NCBI GenBank assembly: GCA_019056805.1 | Contig: DXJG01000002.1 | Coordinates: 403,103 to 435,102 of the forward strand | Direction of reading: 5' to 3' | Length of the DNA stretch: 32,000 nt | From: Candidatus Baldrarchaeota archaeon | GTDB lineage: Archaea > Asgardarchaeota > Baldrarchaeia > Baldrarchaeales > DXJG01 | Shown: piece after piece, positions 1 through 8,261 of the stretch | Layout of the letters: the number at the start of each line of letters is the position of its first letter | How positions within the stretch are numbered: the stretch's first letter is position 1 | The notes under the pieces: model-generated | The model's input: the letters and a program-made list of their open reading frames with translations, nothing else | Told to the model about the DNA's origin: nothing | Database searches by the model: none | Program-made: the position numbers and the translations under genes

Positions 1-113
1 TTTTGCCAACAATTTTAAATAAGGATTTTTAACCTTAAAATTCGACCATAACAAAAAATACCCGACAACTTCATCGTAATAACTATTTCAAAGTTGAATG
101 AGGGTATTTAATA

Positions 114-647
114 ATGCCCCTAATACCCTGGAAATATGTTGCGACCTGGACTTGTTTTGCATGCGGTAAATGTTGTCGCAAATTTAAAGTCCAATTAAAC
201 CTCAGCGAAGCAGAAAAACTAGTAGAAAAATATGGTACAAACACCATAGAATTCGAGAGAGGTAAACCATATCTAAGAAGGAGAGGGGAAACATGCATTT
301 TCCAAGATGGAAATATCTGCGGTATACAAGAAGACAAACCAATCGCTTGCAAACTTTGGCCCTTCTACGTCAAAAATGCACCAATACACCCAAACGACTT
401 CTTTTCAGCACACTACAGATATAAAAATAAAACTTTTTACATCTATATTCACAGCTGGTGCACAGGAGTCAATAAAGGACACATCCCAGTATATAAAATT
501 TTACCAGAAGTCGTATCACTATATTTAGGAGAACAAAAAAACCAGTTGTTCACAACATCAACACTCCTACCAACGATACCTTACCAAGTAAATTTCCCAG
601 CAAGCATCCTAAGAATGAGCAAACTGAACCCACATAAAATCTTGTAG
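114..647 (+). CDS. YkgJ/UPF0153 family cysteine-cluster protein (putative Fe-S or Zn binding)
   Basis: CFACGKCC (CxxCxxCC) N-terminal motif, then CIF..GNICGIQEDKPIACKLWPF, the family's CxIy..RP..Cr.yPF pattern; GAGGGT SD-like site upstream. Confidence 0.85.
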   Translation: MPLIPWKYVATWTCFACGKCCRKFKVQLNLSEAEKLVEKYGTNTIEFERGKPYLRRRGETCIFQDGNICGIQEDKPIACKLWPFYVKNAPIHPNDFFSAHYRYKNKTFYIYIHSWCTGVNKGHIPVYKILPEVVSLYLGEQKNQLFTTSTLLPTIPYQVNFPASILRMSKLNPHKIL

Positions 648-1517
648 TTCCCGTAGAAAGTCTGAATACTCTAGTGAACCTAATGGCAAATAATCACAAA
701 TAATAATTCTCAAAATACTGTCTCTCACATGTAGAACAATTCTCTCACTATTGGATAGAGAGATATACTTTCTTAGAAGGGCAACAATTTCATGAGACCA
801 CTCCGGCGCTACCACATTATCCTTCTTAGACTCTTCCCGTTCTTCGTCTTCTGTAGCATCCACAGTGACAGAAAACGAGTTCTCAAACTTAAAGGGAATA
901 TTAAATTGAAAAATTAAGAACTTTCCATATTGATCGTTAAAAACCTCCGTATCCTTAATGAAAAATTTTAAACCATTTTCAACAAGGAATACTAATTCAC
1001 GCGGTCCGTAAGCCAACTTTTCTCCATCTTTTTCAAGAATCATATTTGCTAAGTCTTTCTCTTCCAATTTGTTTTGTAACTTCACCTTAGCATTCAAAAA
1101 TCGTCGAAGAAAATTTAATTCTTCCTCTATTATTGTCCTACCGATATCTAGAAGCGATTTATCGCTTTTTACTGCCTTAATTTCAGTTCGCTTTGCCCAA
1201 AAGGCCAAAACGACATTTATTGGAAGAACTATGAGCAACGAAGAACAAAGAAAGGACAAAAAAAGCAGATCTACAAAATTTGAAAGCAAGATAACTTTTG
1301 GTGAAAAAATTAGCAGAAACAAAGGAGTAAACAAAGCAAAAACAATAAGCGTTTCAAATAAAACAAACCTTAATTTGCCCGCGTAAGAAGCAAATCGAAC
1401 AATCCTGCTAGTGGAATACAATCTTGATTTAAAACCCTTAACTCTTTCTAAAAACTCTTTCCTTAGAAATTCCAGATCCTTTCTCATCGAATCACCTGAC
1501 TTCAATAATTCATACAT
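609..1517 (-). CDS. Hypothetical membrane protein (two N-terminal TM helices plus soluble C-terminal domain)
   Basis: 302-aa ORF; hydrophobic segments LRFVLFETLIVFALFTPLFLLIF and FVDLLFLSFLCSSLLIVLPINVVLAFW; start overlaps the archaemetzincin stop by 8 bp (the true start could be the second Met). Confidence 0.7.
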   Translation of the reverse strand: MYELLKSGDSMRKDLEFLRKEFLERVKGFKSRLYSTSRIVRFASYAGKLRFVLFETLIVFALFTPLFLLIFSPKVILLSNFVDLLFLSFLCSSLLIVLPINVVLAFWAKRTEIKAVKSDKSLLDIGRTIIEEELNFLRRFLNAKVKLQNKLEEKDLANMILEKDGEKLAYGPRELVFLVENGLKFFIKDTEVFNDQYGKFLIFQFNIPFKFENSFSVTVDATEDEEREESKKDNVVAPEWSHEIVALLRKYISLSNSERIVLHVRDSILRIIICDYLPLGSLEYSDFLRELQDFMWVQFAHS

Positions 1518-2058
1518 ACTGCTTTAATAGGTGTTCAATTTTCTTTCTGCAAGCTAAACAAAAATTTTTGGTTTTAAAATCTGTCTCTCCAACATGATTG
1601 CTAAACTTCATAACACACCTAGGATTACTACAATGACCAAGACCAAACGTGTGACCAATCTCATGAATAACGGTTTTTATAATTCTCTCTGATAAAAGTT
1701 CCATATTTGGAGGGTCACCGTAAACTTCGGGTCGAAGCATGAAAAAGGAAACAACAGCTCCACGGCCGTGCAAATTTGCTTGCCCAAAAACGAAATTTAA
1801 ACCTGGAACAAAGAGATTAACATCAGTAATAGCTATAACTCTTGTGAAATTAAGTTTTTTAGCATATTCCTCTGCTATTGACACAAAGTATGAAGCAAGA
1901 TATTGTTTTCTTTCTGGAACGTAAGCTTCCTCAGGAACGGGGAGACTTTCCGAATAGATTTCGCAAACTGCTGTATATACTTCTTTTAATGCGGTACAAA
2001 TATCTTCAAGTATTTTTCTTTGAATATTTCCTATCGGAAGAACCAGTATTTTAAACAA
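1510..2058 (-). CDS. amzA: Archaemetzincin family Zn-dependent metalloprotease
   Basis: HEIGHTFGLGHC (HExxHxxGxxH) followed by CxxxxCVM...CxxC Cys-Zn site; LNFVFGQA motif; TTG start with GGAGG 7 nt upstream. Confidence 0.93.
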   Translation of the reverse strand: MFKILVLPIGNIQRKILEDICTALKEVYTAVCEIYSESLPVPEEAYVPERKQYLASYFVSIAEEYAKKLNFTRVIAITDVNLFVPGLNFVFGQANLHGRGAVVSFFMLRPEVYGDPPNMELLSERIIKTVIHEIGHTFGLGHCSNPRCVMKFSNHVGETDFKTKNFCLACRKKIEHLLKQYV

Positions 2059-2082
2059 TATTTGGCCTCCGTTTCTCTTAGA

Positions 2083-3474
2083 TTACTCCTCTGAACTTTC
2101 AATGTTTTCTCCTCTTTCTTCCCCTTTCACCGTTTCCTTAGCTTGCTTCTGGATCAGTTTTTCTCTCCAAGCATTAATTTTCTCTTTCAGATTCTTATCT
2201 ATAAGTAATTGTTCTATTTCATTAAGAATAAAGCCTACGGTTTTAATATTGATTTTTGCTTCATCTATTTTTTTATCGCGCAAAAGCAAATCTGTTTTTT
2301 CTAAAAGTTCTTTTGCATCATTAATCATGCGAAGAAAAGCATATGTTAAAAATTCGGGGAATTTTCTCAGTTTCTCTTCTAATTGCGATGTTTTTTCCTT
2401 TAAGCTTTTGAGATTTTCCTTTACTTTTTCACTTTCCTGAATCAAATGTAATGTGATGTTCACTGGACCTACAATGGTTGAATAAGCAGTTCCAAGAGAA
2501 TCAAAGTATTCTAAATTTACACTAATACTATATTCTTTCTTTTCCACACCTTCATCTGGAACTCTCAACGTCAATTTTAAATCAACGTCCTTACCAGCAG
2601 GAAGAGTATCTATTTTAACTTTTGTCTCTCCCTTTAGAATTTCCACTTTTTCTGGCATACTAAATGAAATTTTTATATTCCTAGCTTCTCCCTCACCATT
2701 GTTTTTTAGTTTCAAATTTATAACAAATGGTTTTCCAAAAGTTATATCAAATGGAACGTGAAGCATAGGAACTATCTTTGGAAACTTAATTTCCTTTCTA
2801 ACTTTCTTACTGATAGTTTGAACCGCTTCATCGACCAATTTTGAAAATACATTACCCTTAATGAGTGGAAGCATCGGCTTAAGTCTAGAATTCACTAGGC
2901 CTTCAAGTTCAGAGTATTTTGAAATATCCGAACTAGTCACAACCTTTTGAATGAGAGATGCAACACTTAGTATCCTAGTAGCTTCAAAGTCCTCAGCAGA
3001 AATTTTCGTTTTGAAATTTTCAATAATGTTTTTGGCATCGTTAATCTTACCAGTAGCAAAGTAAATTAAACTTGAGAGAACAATACAAGTGGCAGCTCCT
3101 CTAACTTCTTGCCACATTAAGTATTCACTGGCAGCGTTTGCGAGATCAGAAGCTATATCTAAAATTAAAGAATCCTTTTTGTCCAAGATATTCAGTTTTT
3201 TATAAACCTCTAAGGCCATAAGAGAATTTTCAGCTGCTTTTCTAAAAGACTTAGTTCGTCTAGCTTCATTTGCAGCTACAATAAAATTGTCAACAGCAAG
3301 GCGAAGATAACGTTCCGCATCCTTTAACTTTCCTTCTTTCTCAAATAACCCGGCAATTTCAAGATATTTATATGCTGCTTTCGAATAATTTCTCTTTCCA
3401 AGGTATTCTTCAGCCTCTTCCATTAATTTACGTATAGAAGCTTCCAACCCATACTCCTCCATTATAACTAACAT
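2083..3474 (-). CDS. Cytoplasmic protein with TPR/SNAP-like helical N-terminus, Ig-like beta-sandwich (CARDB/COG1361-like) and C-terminal coiled coil
   Basis: Ala-rich helical repeats (AAYKYLEIA, AERYLRLAVDNF, AAENSLMALEVY); VINLKLKNNGEGEARNIKISF...TLPAG...LTLRV...YSISVNLEYFD Ig-like pattern; heptad K/E/L tail; no signal peptide. Confidence 0.7.
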   Translation of the reverse strand: MLVIMEEYGLEASIRKLMEEAEEYLGKRNYSKAAYKYLEIAGLFEKEGKLKDAERYLRLAVDNFIVAANEARRTKSFRKAAENSLMALEVYKKLNILDKKDSLILDIASDLANAASEYLMWQEVRGAATCIVLSSLIYFATGKINDAKNIIENFKTKISAEDFEATRILSVASLIQKVVTSSDISKYSELEGLVNSRLKPMLPLIKGNVFSKLVDEAVQTISKKVRKEIKFPKIVPMLHVPFDITFGKPFVINLKLKNNGEGEARNIKISFSMPEKVEILKGETKVKIDTLPAGKDVDLKLTLRVPDEGVEKKEYSISVNLEYFDSLGTAYSTIVGPVNITLHLIQESEKVKENLKSLKEKTSQLEEKLRKFPEFLTYAFLRMINDAKELLEKTDLLLRDKKIDEAKINIKTVGFILNEIEQLLIDKNLKEKINAWREKLIQKQAKETVKGEERGENIESSEE

Positions 3475-3571
3475 TTGTCAAGACAAATATTAAAACTCTT
3501 TCCACCTCTAATTCAACATCAACAATTTTGGCAATTGGTACATTAAACCTCATTAAAGAAGGTGATTTAAA

Positions 3572-4417
3572 ATGGAGGAAGGAAAAACAACCAATAAACA
3601 TCATAGACCGACAGTTCAAGAAATTTTAATTGAAAAACTCAAAGAGCACGTATCAAAAAGTGAAAAATGCAGAAAGGCTCTAGAAATTCTATTGAATGAT
3701 GGAGAGGTAAATGCTTTACTTGAAGCAGTAAACATAGCAGCAGTAGGAAGATTGAGATACAATGATCACGGCAAAACCCATAGCATAATCACAAGTCTAA
3801 ATGCTTTAAAAATCCTAGATCTCCTGTACGAGGCTGATATACAACCAAACACGGTAAAAGAGAAAAGCGGCGACATAGATGACGCAAGAGTAACAGTATT
3901 ATTAGCAGCCTATCTTCATGACTTGGGACATATAATACATAGAGAACGCCACTATCAGTTTTCTTTATGGATAGCAAAACCAATAATCGAAAGAATACTA
4001 AAAGAAATATACGGTGAAAACATTAGAAAACGAATCCAAATCTTAGCAAATACACTTCATGCAATTTATGCACATGATAAAGATGTAGTGGCATTAACAG
4101 TGGAAGCAGGAATAATTGGAGTTGCAGATGCAACAGACATGGCAAAAGGGAGAGCAAGAATACCTTTCGCACTCGGAGAAGTAAGCATACACAGCATATC
4201 AGCATTAGCAATAGATTACGTAGAAATAAAAAAGGGAAAGGAAAAACCAGTAAGAATAGAAGTACATATGAGCAACAGCAGCGGCATATTCCAAATACAA
4301 GAACTACTACAGAAAAAACTCAAAGCATCAAACCTAGATCCATACATCGAAGTAGTAGCAAAAATAAAACCAGAAGAACGAAGAATACTAAGAGAAACAG
4401 AAATAAGAATCGTATAG
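3572..4417 (+). CDS. HD-domain metal-dependent phosphohydrolase (COG3294-like)
   Basis: YNDHGKTHS, AYLHDLGH, HAIYAHD and VADATDMAKGRAR motifs; GGTGA SD upstream. Confidence 0.88.
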   Translation: MEEGKTTNKHHRPTVQEILIEKLKEHVSKSEKCRKALEILLNDGEVNALLEAVNIAAVGRLRYNDHGKTHSIITSLNALKILDLLYEADIQPNTVKEKSGDIDDARVTVLLAAYLHDLGHIIHRERHYQFSLWIAKPIIERILKEIYGENIRKRIQILANTLHAIYAHDKDVVALTVEAGIIGVADATDMAKGRARIPFALGEVSIHSISALAIDYVEIKKGKEKPVRIEVHMSNSSGIFQIQELLQKKLKASNLDPYIEVVAKIKPEERRILRETEIRIV

Positions 4418-4434
4418 TCACGAGAAATTAAAGG

Positions 4435-4491
4435 GGTCAGGAAAGCCAGGGCTCATCACATAGATCACAGTCGGTAGTCCTCTCATCATCC
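4435..4491 (-). ncRNA. Box C/D guide sRNA (2'-O-methylation guide), predicted dual target in 16S rRNA helix 24
   Basis: Minus strand reads GG-ATGATGA(C, 4489-4483)-GAGGACTACCGACT-GTGA(D'?)-TCTAT-GTGATGA(C', 4459-4453)-GCCCTGGCTTTC(12 nt)-CTGA(D, 4440-4437)-CC; intergenic; guides are complementary to the conserved archaeal 16S segments GAAAGCCAGGG and GGUAGUCCU. Confidence 0.85.
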
Positions 4492-4596
4492 AAACCAGAT
4501 ATATCTGTAATTCCTTTATCAACCTATCCTCATAGAGCTAAAAGCCTAAAAAATAAAATTTAACAAATTTCTCTTTCCAAAGGATGGTTACACAAT

Positions 4597-5295
4597 ATGA
4601 ACAAAGATTACACAAATGAAATACTAGAATTAGCTCTCTCACTTGGAGCTGCTCTCGCAGGCGTAGCAGACTTAAAATTATTGGAAAAACTCAAAACACA
4701 TCCACCAGACCTATTTAAAAACTTTAAATACGCCATATCAGTAGCAGTTTCATTACCTAGAAATGTCTTTGAACTAATAACCAGAGAAAGTCCAGGAGAG
4801 CTATATGCCCATGCTTATAAAACAGCAAATATACTCCTAGACCAATTAACCTTTCAAATTTCCGAAAAAATAACCGAATACGGATACAAAGCTCAACCCA
4901 TACCCGCTTCCATGATAGTAGACAGAAACAGCCTCATGGGACATGCTCCACATAAAGCATTTGCAAGAGCTGCAGGACTCGGCTGGATAGGAAAAAATCT
5001 ACTTCTAATCACACCCAAATATGGCCCCAGAATACGTCTTGCAACAATTCTAACAGATATACTTCTAAAACCTGGAAAACCGATCAAAAATCAATGTGGA
5101 AATTGCACTAAATGTATAGAAGCTTGTCCATCTGGAGCACTTAAACCCTCAAACTTCGAAGAATATCCAGCAAGAAGAGAAGATGCATTTGATGCTGAAA
5201 AATGCTATACTAGACTAAAAAAGATTAGCAGATTACCAAACATTGGAGCAGAAATTTGTGGTATGTGTATTAAAGTTTGCCCCATAGGTAAATAA
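4597..5295 (+). CDS. Epoxyqueuosine reductase (QueG)-like / reductive dehalogenase-type cobalamin Fe-S protein (COG1600)
   Basis: HKAFARAAGLGWIGKNLLLITPKYGPRIRLATILTD corrinoid-binding segment; CGNCTKCIEACP and CGMCIKVCP Fe-S motifs. Confidence 0.8.
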   Translation: MNKDYTNEILELALSLGAALAGVADLKLLEKLKTHPPDLFKNFKYAISVAVSLPRNVFELITRESPGELYAHAYKTANILLDQLTFQISEKITEYGYKAQPIPASMIVDRNSLMGHAPHKAFARAAGLGWIGKNLLLITPKYGPRIRLATILTDILLKPGKPIKNQCGNCTKCIEACPSGALKPSNFEEYPARREDAFDAEKCYTRLKKISRLPNIGAEICGMCIKVCPIGK

Positions 5296-5311
5296 AAATT
5301 AGAAATGGGTT

Positions 5312-6487
5312 CTACGTTTCTTCTATCTTCTTTTTCTGTGCTTCTGGAATTACCCATTCCAAAGCATATTCTCTGCTTCCTAAACCTAGCTTTTCTGCAA
5401 CTTCTAATTGTAGAACCGCGGAATTATGACCAAATATTTTAGAGAACTTATCAATTCCCGGGGTCATAGCATCTTTCTCTTCAACTAAGCTTCCAGGAAT
5501 ACCTGGAGCCTGGTTAACAAGATCATACGATGCTTTATCTATAGCAACGGGGTCGAAGGATGCTAAAATTCCTTGATCAGGTACTATAATTTGATCACTA
5601 AAAGGTGCACAGTCACAGGATGGTGTGACATCGATTACAAAGTTAATATAAGCAAAATTATCCTTACCAAGATAGTTTATAACCCCAAGAGCATTATCAA
5701 CAAATCTAATTGTACCTTCTTCGTTGCTAGTCCACTTAGGTCTAAGAACCCTAGGTTCGCATATAAGCCCAGAATAGCAAAAGCCACAGAAAATGCATTT
5801 CTCAAAATCTATAACAGGTTTATTATTAACTATTGTAATAGCTTTAACAGGACAAATCTCCATACATCGAGCACAACCAGTACACTTAGCATCCTCACGC
5901 TCTTCAAGCTTGATTTCTCCATCTATATGAATTAATCCCTTACTAGGTTTAGCAACAAGCCCAACACCCATATTTTTCAACGCGCCACCAAATCCTGCCA
6001 TATCATGACCCTTAAAATGACTGGCAACAATCATAAAATCTATACCCCTCAGACCATTAGGTAAATAGACTTTTGACAATCTATTACCTTTAATTTCAAA
6101 AGTAAAGAAATCAAGACCCCATTGACCATCCAAAATAAGAATATTGGCACCTAGAGACTGCGGAGTAAAACCATTCATCGCAGCAACATCTAAATATCCT
6201 GTAGCTGTAGATCTAGCACCCCAAATGCCACCACCATAACCATGTCCACAAGTCTCAACAACAACAGGCCTGCCGCCAAGTTCCTTAACTTTATCAACAA
6301 TCATTCTAATATACATCGGTCGAAGATGCCTAGTTGTTCCCAAGCTTCCGAAATGAGTTTTCACTCCAACAACATCGCCTTTGTCGATTTTATTTTCCAA
6401 ATTTAGCTTGTTCATTAAAAGCTCCAATTTATCAAGTAAACTATATCCAAAACCGCTTCTAATATCAGCAAAATATACCCTCGACAT
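5312..6487 (-). CDS. DUF362 domain protein with 2x[4Fe-4S] ferredoxin insert (COG2768-like)
   Basis: VGVKTHFG, SHFKGHDMAGFGGALKNMGVG, CTGCARCMEICP / CIFCGFC, CDCAPFSD and ASFDPVAIDKA motifs. Confidence 0.88.
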   Translation of the reverse strand: MSRVYFADIRSGFGYSLLDKLELLMNKLNLENKIDKGDVVGVKTHFGSLGTTRHLRPMYIRMIVDKVKELGGRPVVVETCGHGYGGGIWGARSTATGYLDVAAMNGFTPQSLGANILILDGQWGLDFFTFEIKGNRLSKVYLPNGLRGIDFMIVASHFKGHDMAGFGGALKNMGVGLVAKPSKGLIHIDGEIKLEEREDAKCTGCARCMEICPVKAITIVNNKPVIDFEKCIFCGFCYSGLICEPRVLRPKWTSNEEGTIRFVDNALGVINYLGKDNFAYINFVIDVTPSCDCAPFSDQIIVPDQGILASFDPVAIDKASYDLVNQAPGIPGSLVEEKDAMTPGIDKFSKIFGHNSAVLQLEVAEKLGLGSREYALEWVIPEAQKKKIEET

Positions 6488-6624
6488 TACAAACTCCCCA
6501 AAACATCAATACAAGTCGCATATATATTCTTTTATTTTTATTTACTTTGCATTATACAATAACTACTAGATAAAGTTTCTATAAGCTTTTTGATCAAAAA
6601 GTGTTGTAAAGGTTGTTTGCATAT

Positions 6625-8250
6625 CTAGATTAATCCAGCCTCTCTGGCAAATTCTCCATAACCCATTCTCATAAGCTCTTTTGTGCTTCTATGAAGAATT
6701 ACATCAATAAACTCTTCTTCTGTCGGCTCGTTGAAAAAGTTTCCAAAAGCCTCCGCATATTCACTTCTTTCTTCACATTTAACAAGTTTTTCAGCCGCTG
6801 GCTCAGAAATAATAATAGTTACATCCGGATTATCCGCAGCACCCATAGAAATCTTAATTTTAGGACGTTCTCCACTCTCAAGCACCATCACATAAAATTT
6901 CAATTTAGGTTCTTGAGTTTTCCAATCAACAATTTCATAATTAAACTTACAGCCCACCCTTAGCCCCTTAAATATTTCAACATGTCCATTTAAATAATCC
7001 ATAAGTCTTTTACCAGGACTTATCTCAACAACTTCCACAGTTTTAGGAGCGACTTCAACAACTTCATGAACTTGGGTTTCAACTAAGAATTCTGCAATAT
7101 CTAAAACCTTTAACCCATTATCTGCTGCCTGTTTCAAATTTAACTTGCAGAACGGACAAGCAGACAAAAGAATACTCGCATTAACTTCTAAAGCTTCATC
7201 GATTCTATTTCTAGCAACTTTCAACGCAAGATCTGGAAATGTGCTTTTAACACCGCCCCCAGCGCCACAACAATGAGCAAAATTCTTTATAGTTTCCATT
7301 TCAATAAGTTTAATATCTTTAATTCGCTTTATAATGTTTCTAGGAGCTTCATACACATCTAAATGCCTACCTAGATGACATGGATCGTGATAAGTAACTA
7401 TTTCATCATTTTTTGCTTCAAATACGATATTTTTATCCTTTAGATAAGTGTCCAAGAACTCAACTAAATGAAGGGTTTCAAATCCCAGGTCTCTACCGAG
7501 AATTTCAGGATAATCCTTCTTAAAGGTCCTATAACAACCGGGACAAGTGAAAATAACAGTTTTAACATTCATTTCATTGAGTTTCTTAACAAGTCTTTCT
7601 GCTTGTTCTTTAGCTTCATTAACATAACCATATCTTAATAGTATTGATCCACAACATGTCTCATCTCTCAATACTGCAAATTCTTTTTTAAATTGCTTTA
7701 AAAATTTAATCGCAGCCAAAGCTATTTCTTTAGTTCTATAAGATGATGTACAACCGATGAAATACACAATATCTGCTTTTTCTGGAATATTTGAAAGTTC
7801 TTCTCCAAGAAAACTTAGCCTTTCTTCTTTAGGTTCCCCATAAGGATTATCAAGGTTCTTAATGTTCTCCAAAATCGAAAGATGTTTCTCAAACCTAAAA
7901 CCTTGAGAAACTAAGTCACGTCTTAAAGCTTCCATTATAGAAGGTGTATCTATTCCACCTTCAACTGCTAGGCACGTTTCTCTACAAGCTCCACAAGTAG
8001 TACATGTATAAGCCCAATCCAAAACTTCTTCGTTTACCTCCAATTTGTCGCTCAAAAGATTTTTGAGAATAATCAACCTACCACGAGCATCATAAGCTTC
8101 ATAGCCGAGCACATTTTTAACTGCGCAGGGATGCGAAAGAGGCGACTTGGAAGTAGCAATTTTAACCGCTAAACTACAATCACCGCATTTTCCACAAAGA
8201 TACAAAAAATTCTCAAACTTTTTAACATTGGAAAACTCTACTTTCGCCAT
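6625..8250 (-). CDS. (Fe-S)-binding CCG-domain protein (HdrD/GlpC/GlcF-like) with C-terminal SCP2-like domain
   Basis: CGKCGDC, CTTCGAC..TC, two CCG domains (ETCCG..CPGC; YHDPCHLGR..CCGAGGG..CPFC); extra ~130 aa tail containing KISMGAADNPDVTIIIS. Confidence 0.85.
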   Translation of the reverse strand: MAKVEFSNVKKFENFLYLCGKCGDCSLAVKIATSKSPLSHPCAVKNVLGYEAYDARGRLIILKNLLSDKLEVNEEVLDWAYTCTTCGACRETCLAVEGGIDTPSIMEALRRDLVSQGFRFEKHLSILENIKNLDNPYGEPKEERLSFLGEELSNIPEKADIVYFIGCTSSYRTKEIALAAIKFLKQFKKEFAVLRDETCCGSILLRYGYVNEAKEQAERLVKKLNEMNVKTVIFTCPGCYRTFKKDYPEILGRDLGFETLHLVEFLDTYLKDKNIVFEAKNDEIVTYHDPCHLGRHLDVYEAPRNIIKRIKDIKLIEMETIKNFAHCCGAGGGVKSTFPDLALKVARNRIDEALEVNASILLSACPFCKLNLKQAADNGLKVLDIAEFLVETQVHEVVEVAPKTVEVVEISPGKRLMDYLNGHVEIFKGLRVGCKFNYEIVDWKTQEPKLKFYVMVLESGERPKIKISMGAADNPDVTIIISEPAAEKLVKCEERSEYAEAFGNFFNEPTEEEFIDVILHRSTKELMRMGYGEFAREAGLI

Positions 8251-8261
8251 TTTACCTCCCT

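Noticed and set aside
83-352. Track ORFs antisense to real genes (83-352, 1069-1386, 1739-1924, 2102-2440, 5573-5935, 9900-10259, 14971-15462, 16490-16936, 21250-21699, 23265-23630, 25286-25642, 27379-27843 and similar)
   Set aside because: Each overlaps a gene with clear family motifs, mostly on the opposite strand; the translations are S/F/L/I-rich shadow sequences without motifs or SD sites.
2083-3474. Calling the helical protein a true alpha-SNAP or TRAPP subunit orthologue
   Set aside because: Only general repeat patterns are visible; no diagnostic motif can be confirmed without profile or structure searches.
3428-3619. 63-aa minus ORF with an internal GAGGTG upstream of the TPR-Ig gene
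   Set aside because: It overlaps both neighbouring genes in different frames and has no coherent SD-start pairing; likely incidental.
4597-5295. Naming the gene queG or a reductive dehalogenase
   Set aside because: Shared corrinoid and Fe-S motifs do not discriminate; there is no Tat signal or rdhB partner and no queuosine context.
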